Shown in pieces: positions 63,991 through 64,000 of a stretch of DNA of 64,000 nt (positions within the stretch are counted from its first letter, which is position 1; every line of letters begins with the position of its first letter). The stretch covers positions 4,053,922-4,117,921 of the forward strand of contig MU053482.1 of the NCBI GenBank assembly GCA_013239625.1. Reading direction: 5' to 3'. Made by a program: the position numbers and the translations under genes. The stretch is from Lama guanicoe. Lineage: Eukaryota. The notes below the pieces were generated by a model. It did not search any database and was not told the DNA's origin. It was given only the letters and a program-made list of their open reading frames with translations.

Positions 63991-64000
63991 GACTCCAGCA

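Overview
Mammalian genomic DNA, most likely camelid: it carries a Vic-1-type tRNA-derived SINE, and I saw no Alu, B1, Bov-tA, PRE1 or Can-SINE. The window holds the 3' half of GALNT18 (polypeptide N-acetylgalactosaminyltransferase 18) on the minus strand. Five coding exons (59047-58862, 50918-50781, 46328-46233, 20525-20361, 7455-7309) all have GT-AG boundaries and splice in frame into 243 aa: the end of the catalytic domain plus the full ricin-type lectin domain. A ~280-nt 3'UTR with AATAAA at 7044-7049 follows. The rest is intron or downstream intergenic DNA filled with ancient repeats (MIR, L2, CR1/L3, L1, MLT1 and MER21-type LTRs, hAT and TcMar DNA transposons) and microsatellites. Repeat families were assigned from memory of consensus sequences and their boundaries are approximate. 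I found no convincing novel biological system. The most unusual local structures are an exact, CpG-rich 50-bp direct repeat around a 30-nt spacer (63518-63647), a compound insertion containing a locally copied ~135-bp segment and an orphan poly(A) tail (39.5-41.5 kb), a 165-bp tandem duplication (12729-13057), and several candidate regulatory motif clusters.
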